A DNA stretch of 63,985 nt, filler included, from Collodictyon triciliatum (Eukaryota), in assembly GCA_043381765.1 (NCBI GenBank). It is 6 parts of 6 records of this genome, joined end to end, with 100 filler letters (N's around TTAATTAATTAA, not from the genome) between each part and the next. Parts side by side here need not be neighbours in the genome. Positions count along the whole stretch, not along the records: positions 13,813 to 27,849 come from JBHJMP010000784.1; positions 27,950 to 42,332 come from JBHJMP010000785.1; 4 more parts are not named here. One strand, written 5' to 3'. Every line of letters begins with the position of its first letter. Positions within the stretch are counted from its first letter, which is position 1. The translations under genes were made by a program, and so were the position numbers. This document shows, piece by piece, positions 14,055 through 32,570 of this stretch. Under the pieces are notes generated by a model that worked only from the letters and a program-made list of their open reading frames with translations, ran no database searches and had not been told where the DNA came from.

Positions 14055-14808
14055 CCTTCCTTGATTCTGTCACATGTTATTACCCGTTTGTCTCGAAATC
14101 AAAGTTATTCCCTGAATCAACAATAAGGAAAGGCTTGGTCTTTCTCTTTTTTGCTTCTCTCTAGTTGCTCGCAACGCAGGAGTTTTGTAAGACGGTGTCC
14201 AGGTCTTCTTCTGTACGTCTTAAGTTGCGCGAGCGTGAAGCGGCCAACAATACCGAGCGGACATGTACTCCTTCGTAGGACGGCGTGAACACGGGAAAGG
14301 GCATCACACATTCTATATACGGGAGTGAGACATATCGTACATATCTCGCGGTAGATAGTTCTGGGTGATTATCCATCCACATCCCATCAACCGTGCACAC
14401 GACGCCGCAAAAAAGCAAAAAGCAAAAAGCAAAAAGCAAAAAGCAAAAAGCAAAAAGCAAAAAGCAAAAAGCAAAAAGCAAAAAGCAAAAAGCAAAAGCA
14501 AAAGCAAAAAGAAAAAAATAGAGGCGCATAGATATACTTCTGTTTTAAAGATTGGTCGGTAGCATAAAGACTCTGTTTTTTGGGCCTTTTGTTTGTTTGT
14601 TTGTTTGTTTGTTTGTTTGTTTGTTTGTTTGTTTGTTTGTTTGTTTGTTTGTTTGTTTGTTTGTTTGTTTGTTTGTTTGTTTGTTTTAGCATATTTTTTT
14701 TTTGTTAGTTTGCTCCTTTTAGTTAATCACGAAGCTCGACAAGCAGGGCCCCACAGCAACCTTCTTTTCCTCTCTTCAAGGGCTTGGTGTGGGATTTGTC
14801 TTTGACAG

Positions 14809-22056
<7,248 letters not shown>

Positions 22057-22920
22057 TTCACCGTGGACACCAGCAAGAATCGGCCAATCTATGGCGGGCT
22101 CCGGATCAGAAGGGAATCGCGTTGGCGGCTTTGTGGTTGGGTTTAATTTCTTGTTGGCCTGCGTCCGCTCTATTTCCGTGCCCCCCTTTTTGGCCGTGGA
22201 ATTAGGCTTTTGGGCGGCTTTTTTCCGTCCTGAGTCTCTGTCTTTCATTCGGTGCCGATGCCTCGGGCGTGATGGGACGGCCACCTGGCCAAGTCGCTAT
22301 CACCGATTTCTTTCCGGTGCTAGCCTCTCCACGGTAGTGTCTTCTTCTCGCGTTTAATATCTACCATGCGCACCTATCTCGCCCCTTGTATGACATAAAC
22401 TTGTGGCGCTTTGGATGGATTAAAGGGGAAAAAAAATAATCTTTTTTCCTTTTTTTTTTTTTATTTTTTTAAATGTATTCACTCTCTTTTGGTGGCAACA
22501 ATAAATAAATCCGATGAAACAAATGTGGCTGAGGGTTCAAAAGTTGATTGTACTGTATGCATACATGTCCCTCTCTTCGCGGAGTGCTTTGTCTGTGCGA
22601 TTTAAGCTCTTAAAGCTCGCAGAGAAATAAAGATAAGAATAAAAAAAAACAACTTATAATAAAAGACATGATGATATTATCGCAACTGTCGGCGCTTGTA
22701 TATATATTCTGAGGGCGGGGGTAGTCCGCTTTGCGATGGAACGAGGGTGGCATGTTACTAAGATTGAACGGTGGTTTATTCCTGGTTTTGCTTGCTCCGT
22801 ATCGTATCGAAATCTGGCCGGGGATGGGACGTTTTTGGGATTCTACCGCTAAGCCATTGAGTCTGCGCTAATTCCGTTTCTTATTCCAACTTCAGGAGCA
22901 GGTTTCTTGAATATGCTGGC

Positions 22921-23729
22921 TTACGATATAATTTTACCAACATTGGCATATTTGTTGCTAAAGAATTCAGCCCAGTTGTTGAGCGCATCCATCTCGCTCT
23001 GGGAGAGTCCAGAAATGTCTGGGATGGCCTATAATAAAACGCAGAAATATTTGAGGCTAAGTTAGTAGCTATTCATTCACATGCCTTTGTTTTGTTTTTT
23101 CAGTGAATAGTATGGTTACTTCTCAATGCGAGATAATATGAAATAAATGCTGTTTCATGAAAAAGAGAAGGTAAACTCATTTTCTTAAAACGTACGTCTT
23201 TGAGATCTGTTGACATCTTTGCAAATCCTCGGTTGGCCTCACGCCCAGCAAACACGTGATATGAGCCACCAGGGCCATAATGAGAGTTCTCTAGCCCAAC
23301 ATTATAAATCTTGCCCTTTAATAAAGAGAACATTACGAATCAATAACTCATGGTATATAGATAAACAACGCCCAAAGGAAACAAACTACCTTAATGCCCA
23401 CATAGATCGGAAAACCTTTCTTTGTCCCATCATATTCTTTAAGTTGCTCGTGTGTGAGGTCGCATGGGACAACAGATTCAACTGGGGCTGTGCGTTCCTT
23501 TGTCTTCTTTTTATCTGTTTGGGCCATAACCAGGAAAAGTGGTGATCAGTATATTTTCTCAAGAGACTCCAACACGGTAGAGTGTTAGAAAATAATTCAG
23601 GTTGATAGAGTCACAGAACAAACCCGTGTAGAGCATGTACAGGTAAACGACGACACCGAAAACTATTCCAATAAGGATGGAGTACAAAATGCCGAAGGAG
23701 GCCTCGCTCTTTTGATCGGGGTTTGCCAT
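22921..23729 (-). CDS. Membrane-associated progesterone receptor (MAPR)/cytochrome b5-like heme/steroid-binding protein
   Basis: N-terminal TM segment (FGILYSILIGIVFGVVVYLYML), then LTHEQLKEYDGTKKGFPIYVGIK-GKIYNV..HYGPGGSYHVFAGREANRGFAKMS..LSQSEMDALNNWAEFFSNKYANVGKI. Confidence 0.92.
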
Positions 23730-24329
23730 GCTATGATTCTATTGTAAGGATCAGGAATATGGTCAGAATAATGACATGCGCTGCATTTTTAACATGAGTG
23801 GGAGAGACACGGACTGCAGCAGGCTTATTTCTTCAAGCTAGAACAAAACACCGACTGCCTTCTTCTCATCTGTGCTGACTTTCATTTTTGTTTTGTTTTG
23901 TGTGGTTTTGTGTGGTTTGTTTGGATCTGATTCATCCACATCTCGATTCTGTGTTCAATTTCAGGTTCGTGAGCTGGACTATTCTGGAAAACAAAATAAA
24001 TAATCAATTAGTTAACAGCAATTCTGTCGTGTGTGTGGTCGACCTCTTGCCTGTCGTGTGGGAAGGACCAGCTCATTGAATCTTTCGTCTGGCAGAGATT
24101 ATAGGCATTGCTTTCCCAGGAGCCGGCACCAGAATGCAAGTGGCAACAAAGGTCGACGAAACAAAAGAAAACGAAAGAAAACAAGACACAAAAGAGAAAT
24201 ATCAGAGAATGACTTTCCTACAGTCCTTTATCTGTATTCGTTGATTTATTCCCAGAAATACCAGGTGCGTGAAGGCAGGTAAAAAAATAAAAAAAGGCTG
24301 GGAGGCATAGAATCTGTCGAAAGTGTGTG

Positions 24330-25282
24330 TTATGAGGGGTTTGATATTTGTTCTACGATATCTATTAGAACGGGACGCAGGTTCGCGGCAGTGGCACGTT
24401 CGGATGGTTTTAGTTTGCAGCAGTCCAATATTACCTGGACAAGACTAGGATTACTCCTGGGGGGAATAGGAGGAAGCTTGTTTTCAAGTTTCAAGGGAGC
24501 TAGGCCTCGCACACACAAACCATCGTAAGGACGCTCGCCAGAGAGCATAGCCCATATAGTCAGACCAAAAGAATACATATCACTAGGCGGACCACATGAC
24601 TTTGAATCGAAGGTCTCTGGGCAACAGTAATGATATGTTCCTTTGAACTCTGTGGTGTGGGAGACGGCTTCGTGAATAGAAGCACATCCAAAATCTGCGA
24701 TCTTTGCGACCCCATCGAAGAGAAGAATATTTTCTGGTTTCAAATCACAGTGCTCAACTGGGGGCGTTTGCCTGTGAAGATATATAAGCCCTTCATTGGT
24801 TTGGTTAACATATTGCGCTGCCCGGTCTGCTGCGAGCGGGCCTGATTTCTCGATAATATCCCATATGCTACCACCACCTGCCAGCTCCATGATATAGACA
24901 ACTTTCGAGTTAATACATCCATAGGTGTGCAGTTTGGTGATGTTTGGGTGTTCTAAGGATCTCATCAGTCTGGCCTCCTCAATAATATTCTCGTAACCAG
25001 GTGTGTGTGGCTGGGCCGGCAGTTTGAAGTATTTTACGGCTATCGTTCCAGCCCGAAGCGTAACTGCGTAAGTTTTTCCGAATCCACCTTCCCCAATAAA
25101 TTTCCATTCAGAGATTGGATGCGACATGATATCACCATACTGTCCACTGATAAAGTCGCAATTTTCGTCTATGATATCAATAACAGAGCAGAGGTTTAGA
25201 GAACGGAATACTAACAAGAATAAAGCGGTAGAATTTATAAAGATTAATTCAAATATATGGGGCAGGGGTGGAAGGGTAAGCA

Positions 25283-25380
<98 letters not shown>

Positions 25381-26885
25381 GAAGCCATCGTTTTAACGGA
25401 AATATAATAACGCATTACAGACAAGCTCCTGTCATAATTGGATGCAACGCAGGGAGTACATGAAACAAAACAAAAAGTAAAGTAAGTATGCGTTTCTTAA
25501 TGAGACATTTATGAAGTGGCCCGGTAGATTTTAAAGCTTTCAGAGACTTAATAATAGTAATAGTAGTAATAATAATCATACGTCTCCAATGGTGTAAATC
25601 TTCCGTAGCTGTGTTTCGTGATTGTAGCACGGAAGTTGAGATATAGATGTGGGTATGGTACTGATTCTGTGCCGGCCAATCCCGATTAAACTTTTGAGTC
25701 TTCTGAGTCTCAAAATCCAGGGATCGATGTGTTCGATCTGTTAACAGGCAAGTATGTTGTTCGACTCATGGATCATCTTCATAAAAGTATGTACTGCACC
25801 AAGTCTCTATTTTGTATACCAAAATATGCATACATACCCCTGGATTGCTTGCTATCGACAAATTCAGCATGTTTGTCATGTGGCTTACACACAAGGGCAA
25901 GCTCGAAAACTGTGCGGTTGCACAAATAATTATCATTTGATAAGCTTGTAGATGAAATGCTGATAGAGACTATTATCGATTAAACTGTGAAGTGGGAGCA
26001 AATGAGAAAGTACCAGATTCACAGAAATGTTAAGTTCTGTAAGTAGTTGCAAGCAAGAATAATTCTCGGGAAGGCTTGATAACTGCGAATATTAATACAT
26101 GATTACTGATTGTTCCATGACATGCGGAATTGAGAAGAGAGGGAAAGTGTACATGAAAATAGCATAAAAATTACCTTGTTGTCATATAGCGATAGTGATA
26201 CTAGTCTTGTCAATAAGGAGAAATTGTGCGGTACTTCTTTAATCTAAAATTGTTGGAAATAAAATTGGTTATATATATATATCTGAGGTACATAGCCTCA
26301 TCTGGCCACTTCTCGATCCCATCTCTCCTCTAGAAGATGACCAATGCCATGATCATTAACATAATGCTCGATAGACACGTAAGTGAGACGTAAGACGAAA
26401 GGACTCGGATAGATATTTGGAAGGTAAAAATAAAAAATAAAAAATGAAAAATAAAAAATGAAAAATAAAAAATGAAAAATAAAAAATGAAAAATAAAAAA
26501 TGAAAAATGAAAAATAAAAAATGAAAAATAAAAAATGAAAAATAAAAAATGAAAAATAAAAAATGAAAAATAAAAAATGAAAAATAAAAAATAGAGCCGA
26601 TGCTAGGATATTCTTTGAGTTGCTGGTTTTACGAGACAACACATAACAAATAGTAAGAATACGACAGACCAGGTTCGAAGATACCCGCAGCGTTGTCAAA
26701 TTCGTCAGGGTAGAGACACATATGGGTACCCTGGTTGCTTTTTTATCGTGGATCTTCAAGGCAACTGCCTTACTGATGGGGAATCCTTTAGAAGTACTCC
26801 AACTCGTGCCACTGTCATCCAATAAGTCCGGCTTCAAAGCCTTGAGCTCGACGTAGTAGTCATCGATTCCCCGCTCTCCAGCCAT
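24330..26885 (-). CDS. LRR-containing Ser/Thr protein kinase (non-RD)
   Basis: 5' exons contain LRRs (LTNLTTLRVSSNL, LTRLVSLSLYDN, LSSLPENYS). The last exon encodes [26 protein letters not shown] and SDMYSFG. That LRRs and kinase form one gene is inferred from colinearity. Confidence 0.8.
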
Positions 26886-27849
26886 CCAAACAGTTTTTTT
26901 CAGAAACGGGTTCGGTGACAAACGTGAGCAACTACGAGTGTTTAGTTTGCAGCGACGGAATTTAAGAGATGGACAGTTTGGCAGGGCTGCTGCGGCTGCA
27001 GTCTCGTTGCGGAGCACAATGTGGCTTCCTTGGTGGATCTTTCTCTCTTGGAGGTTTGATCGCCTTGGCTATCTGTGTCTTTCATGTGATCCTTTGGCTT
27101 TTTATGAATGCGAGCTTGCACACAAACATTCAAAGAAATTAAACACAGATAGCTATTGACATTTTCTAAATTGGATTCAGCTATTCTTTTTTTTTCTTTC
27201 CTTTTTCCATTCAGAGAATCGGATTGAGCTTTTATTGCATTTTTTGAACTTAGCCAGAAAAGATTTCGGTATGTGTTCGTTTATCAGGCAAACATCACAT
27301 TGTTTCCTATCGAATGGCTTCTTTTTTTTTTTTTTTTTGTTTTTTTTTTTTTTTTTTTTTTGGTTTTTTTTATTTATCTTGTGGGAGCTGCACTACATAC
27401 TACCTGAATTCGAGACGAAAAAGAGGCGGCAAATAATGCGAGTTGGTTGTACGCCACGGCGCTATGGCCAAGTGAAGTCCTGCGCGGAAGATCTATTAGC
27501 GCGTTATTTTTTTAAGGGAACATTTCACAGGCGCTTCCAAGTTCCACACAATGACTTGCTAGTTTCTAAATAGTCTGCAAAGCAAACGCAAACTCATATT
27601 CATCACACCGAGAGACACAGACTTGAGAGGAACAATAGAAAAATCACAATAATTAAGAAAAAGTCTTCTTTGCTGAGAAATAATAAACACATTGAGAGAC
27701 AGAAGACAATCATCGGAAAATAGTATTATCACGCTAGGGCTCTTTCCTTCTTCTCCCAACCCACCACATTCTGAAGCCGGAAAAAAACAAATAAAAAAAC
27801 AAATAAAAAAACAAATAAAAAAACAAATAAAAAACAAATAAAAAACAAA

Positions 27850-27949
27850 NNNNNNNNNNNNNNNNNNNNNNNNNNNNNNNNNNNNNNNNNNNNTTAATTA
27901 ATTAANNNNNNNNNNNNNNNNNNNNNNNNNNNNNNNNNNNNNNNNNNNN
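27850..27949. other. Artificial scaffold linker
   Basis: N-TTAATTAATTAA-N. Confidence 0.97.
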
Positions 27950-28169
27950 AAGCCAAGAAGAAAGGAAAAAAAAAAAACGTATGATTCCACACAATCAGAC
28001 AGTGAAAAAAAAAAAAAAAAACAACAACTTAATACACCAGAACCTTCCCCTATGCCTTTACAAAATGCACGAACAAACAACACAAGAAACCAACAACCGA
28101 GGCCACAATACAGAACTCACGTTTCTATTAGCTAAACCCACATTCTCACACACGTGCACATACACACAG

Positions 28170-28907
28170 GAAACCACGCGCTTTGCCGCGCTGACCGGTA
28201 CACTCAACACAAACAGAGTCTTTTCCCGACGGGCCATCCAACGCCTACGAAACGCAGTCGTCCGCAACCGCAGCGAAAACCGGTACCGAATCCCCGGAGC
28301 AGCGCGCTTCCTTGGAGACGAGGAGGATGCCATCGAGCACCTGGACGAGTTCCTCATCGGACAGCTCTTTGACGAGCAGCAGACAGACACAGCCTCAGCC
28401 TCCACCGACGACTTCGATTTGCCCGGCCTGTTTGACGCCGAAGACGATGCCGCACACGAGGCCCAGACGCAAGAAGGCCCTGCACTTGGGGGAGTGGACG
28501 AGCATGACCTGTTTGCAGACGATGAGGACTGGGCTGGCGGCTTGGGGCTCGGGCTCTTTGATGATGTGGAGCAGCCCCCTGCACAGAGAGGCCTCCAGCA
28601 GGCGCAGGCAGAGCCACATTCCCTGGTCGAGAGCCCGCCGCACGACAAGGAGCCTGCAGGATGCCACGAGGCCGCCCGACTCACCGGCGATGCAGAGGCG
28701 AAGCAGACGCAGGAGGCGGCCGGCTCGAAGGGCAGTGATGCAGGCGATGCAGGCGATGCAGAATGCCGTGACAGTCTCGGCCTTGCGAAGGACCGCGGCG
28801 TGATGCGGCGGATGCAGAGTCCATGGCTGGTTGCTGTGTGCGGGATTCTTGCTGCAGCCTACTCGGGCCTGCTTGCCTTCTATCCGAGCGGCCTGCTGCG
28901 GGGCTGA
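28170..28907 (+). CDS. Hypothetical acidic protein with C-terminal TM anchor (probably a last exon, 5' part uncertain)
   Basis: GC-rich open frame after an AG acceptor, with a Asp/Glu-rich middle and a hydrophobic C-terminus WLVAVCGILAAAYSGLLAFY. Confidence 0.55.
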   Translation, partial: ETTRFAALTGTLNTNRVFSRRAIQRLRNAVVRNRSENRYRIPGAARFLGDEEDAIEHLDEFLIGQLFDEQQTDTASASTDDFDLPGLFDAEDDAAHEAQTQEGPALGGVDEHDLFADDEDWAGGLGLGLFDDVEQPPAQRGLQQAQAEPHSLVESPPHDKEPAGCHEAARLTGDAEAKQTQEAAGSKGSDAGDAGDAECRDSLGLAKDRGVMRRMQSPWLVAVCGILAAAYSGLLAFYPSGLLRG

Positions 28908-29593
28908 TTCGGCTGCGTGCGTCGTGGCTCGGCTCTCGGGCGCAGGACGCAGGGTTTGCGTGGCGGTTCTGTGATGTATTTGGAGCAAGAGGCACCCCCT
29001 TCCTGGAGCGCAGAGTGCACGCGGTCTCTGGTAGGGTAAATGGCCTCTGTGGGAAGTATAGTTTGAGGTGAATAAAGAGAGAGAGAATAATCAAAAGTGA
29101 TTCGTGTCTTGTCTTTCGGGGTCTGCGCTGTGTGGCTCTTCCTTTTGAGTGTGTGTGTGTTTGTTTATTTGTGTTGGGTGGGACTTGGATGTTTAGGTTC
29201 TATTGGGTGTATCATTTGACATCCCACACTGACAGACAGACAGACAAGGGCGAGAGACGTTTCTTTGTTTCTTTCTTTAGATGGCGATGAGAATATGAGA
29301 TAATCATAACAAAAAAGTAGATTGGGAGAAAATATGACGAGACAGAGATAAGATTAATGCTGCAAAGACAGGGAAGAAAAGAAATCAAACTTCTTTGGAT
29401 CATTTTTTTTTTGGGTCGTGGATACTCGTTTTCTCGGTATTGAGTCTGGTGCGGATATGAAAGGATATTGAAGATGGCGGATGTCATCAGTGCATGAACA
29501 GCCGACTGTTGTCCTTGGTGGTGGTGCGATGAGAGTGATTCGACACACCAGATTCGTCGAGCATGCAGCGAATTCCCTCCTCCTCTTCCTCTC

Positions 29594-31828
29594 CTACTTG
29601 CTGCTTGTCATGGGCACGTAGTTGTAGTCGCGCAGAGCCTCCCACACGGCGCTGTTGCCTGTAAAAATCACACAGTCAGATTAAATACATCGTTCTCTCC
29701 AAAAAGAAAAAAGATGATGTTTAACAGTCTTCGATATCTTTTTTTTTTTTTTGGGAATGTTGAAAAAGAGTCATTAATGAAAGATGAGTACATTTGAATC
29801 CGCTGCCAAACGCAATCTGCCACACTTTCTGTCCCTTTCTCGGCTGGAACTGCTTCTCGATGTAGTTGAGCTCGTACCAGATGGAGCTGGATGAAGTGTT
29901 GCCAAAGCGATAGAGTGTGGCGCGTGACGGCTCTGTGTCTTTCTTTTCGAGGGACAGTTCCTTCTCGATGGTGTCAATCACCGCGCGGCCGCCAGCGTGG
30001 ATGCAAAAGTAGTCCACAGCTTTCTGTAGTGTTTATGGTTTTGAGTGGGACGAAATTATGTCGATGCATTCATCACGATAAGTTTACTTGTGTTAATATC
30101 CTCGACAAGTTACCTTGAAGTTTGGTGTGTAGAGTTTGCCTTTTCCAGCCAGCTTCTTTTTGATGAGAGAGAAAACAAACTTCAGCTTTTCGTCCCATGG
30201 AAGAATAAGTGGTCCAATTGTTGTCATGTTCTCTTGGATTCCTCTACCAGCAACGCTCATCAAGTCCTTGCTTAGGCGAACACCACGAATCTCTTTGCAA
30301 TCCTCCAGCTGATAGACAGCCTCATACGAGTCCTTGTCGAATCCCTAGTTGTTGTGTGTGATTATTTCAACCGCACTTTCTCTTTCTCTTTCTCTTGCCT
30401 TTTTTTTTTTTTTTGATACTTTCACACTATCTGGAATGCATATTTTACTCAATCAAACACTGAGATGTTCCAATCATAGAAATAAGAAAAAATCGGGCTT
30501 ACCATGTGGATGCGAACAAGCTCTTTCAGCTCGTATTTTGCTCGGTAACGGTCCATCGAGTGATTCGAAAGAACAATCGCAGCCCCGCCAACACGGAACA
30601 GTGTATTAGACAGGAGCATTGCCTGTATGTTTATGAAACATAGTTATACGTCATTTAAATGGGATTAGAAGCTGGTTAAACTACGGGCTATGCAGTCGAG
30701 GAAAGCAATACCCTGTCGTTCCCAAGGTACCAGTTCTGTGTGATGTTTTCCGTGCTCACAACAAGTGCGTATTTCCTGCGCTTCAGCTGCAGTTGCTCAC
30801 GCGCCAGTGCGATGGCGATCAGTCCCGCGCTGCATCCCATTCCTGACAGATTGTAGCTGGAAATGTCCTTTCGCATCTTGAACTCGTTGATGATCTGAGA
30901 GGTCGGTTAAACTTCAGTACTTGTGATGGATGTGATATGTGGAATTACACATCGATAAACATCCCTTCCACTCATCGTTTCTTAATTTCCTCTCCATCTC
31001 ATTCACTGACCATAGCGCTGAGAGAAGGCGTGGGGTTGAAGAGACTGCAGTTAACGACAAGGATTCCAATGTCCTTTGGCTTCAGTCCACAGCGTTCCAA
31101 TGCCTCCTTGACGATGGGGAACATCACATAACGGGCCTCTTCGCGGGCGTGCTCCATAGAAATTCCAGGGGGCAATTCCATTAAAGCTGTCTTTGTTTGA
31201 ACGCATGAACAGTTTAAGTAAATAAAGTCTCAAAACATGGGTTTACAATACCATCCTGATGTGGCATGAACATAGAAAGAAACAGCGGCATGGATGAAAT
31301 ACGAGAGGACTTATCGGAACCTTTGGGGAAGTAAGTCTCCTCTCCAACACCATTTCTGGGGAGTGTGCGGAACTGGAACTCAAGTGACTCCTTGTCAAAC
31401 TTTTCAACGCGCTTGGAATGCTCGATAAAGCGTCTCATGGGAACCTTGTTCTCGTCACCAATGCCGTGAAGAACAGAGAAGTTGAGAAGGTAGACGGAAG
31501 GCGCCGACGAGGCCCACCAGTAGAAAGCAATCACAAACACAAAGGCCGCAAGGGCAAGCAAAGGCTGCTGATTCTCAAGGACAAACTGCTCGTAGAAAGC
31601 TTTTTCCTCGGGAGTCATGTTTTGGAAAACATACACAGCAGAAGCCACAATCGGGACGCACAGAGTCAGAGTCTTGACGAAGCTTTTCAGGTGGAAAAAC
31701 TTGTACGACAGGCGCTGATCAAGCTTGTTGGGTTCCCACGGATAGTCATAGTGCGGATTGGTGTTTTTGTAGAGCAGTTCATCCTCAGCGGGTTGCGTCT
31801 GGGCAGGTTCTTTCGGTTCCTCGGCCAT
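29594..31828 (-). CDS. 3-ketoacyl-CoA synthase (FAE1/KCS-type very-long-chain fatty acid condensing enzyme)
   Basis: Two N-terminal TM segments, then [30 protein letters not shown] (catalytic Cys), [27 protein letters not shown] (His), [14 protein letters not shown] (Asn) and [15 protein letters not shown]. Confidence 0.95.
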
Positions 31829-32231
31829 GTTGATACGTCTGTGAAGTGGGATCGAGTTGAGTTTGAAGTGTGAAGACAAAGAAACTGGCTCTGCTTTATG
31901 AGGGCGGGTGTCATTGTATGGGGTTTTATTGCCCCTTGTATGCTGAGGCACGCAATACAAAGTGAGATCGGTTAGCGTGTGAGGATTATGGAAATAGTTA
32001 TGGCGTTTCCGAATCTCTTTCAACCTTTTTACTACCTCTTTTTTTTTTTTTTTTTTTTTCTTCCTCTTGCGCCAAACCCCAATGATATGGTGAATAAGCA
32101 GGAACAAAATGACTTTTTCTTTTCTGGTTTTGTTTTTTGTAGTTCACATTTAAATCGATAAAATAAACAGCAACGGGTCTCGTATTGTGCAAACGTATAG
32201 TCCCATATGTTAAAGAAAGAACACACAGGAC

Positions 32232-32570
32232 ATGAGTGCCTTGATGGCCAGACTCAAAGAAATGGTCTCGGACAGGACTGCCACAAAGAAGCCGGGCGAG
32301 AGACAACCCTTCCCCGAGATCGGGATCGGGATCGAGATCGCACCAAAGAAGGCATCTTTTGGCGGACTGGCCGCTCTCGTCAAGAGCAGGGATTGGCTCC
32401 GCAAGAGGCACAGAAAAAAGTCCGCCGAAGCAAAGCAAGCAACAGCAAACCCGACGGAAGCAACGAGTGTGCAAGGAAGCGATTCGACAGGAAGGACAGG
32501 CAGAGAGGACGAGGCGATGATATTGTCAAAGGCACAAGGACGGTTTGTTGGTACCCAGGACTTTGTGTGA
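32232..32570 (+). CDS. Hypothetical protein (112 aa)
   Basis: GC-rich ATG-initiated ORF between AT-rich flanks. No recognisable motif. Confidence 0.35.
   Translation: MSALMARLKEMVSDRTATKKPGERQPFPEIGIGIEIAPKKASFGGLAALVKSRDWLRKRHRKKSAEAKQATANPTEATSVQGSDSTGRTGREDEAMILSKAQGRFVGTQDFV

Noticed and set aside
14117-14400. Possible small gene upstream of the nicotinamidase
   Set aside because: No consistent splice or reading frame gave a recognisable product.
28058-29094. Several overlapping antisense ORFs
   Set aside because: These are shadows of the GC-rich plus-strand ORF.
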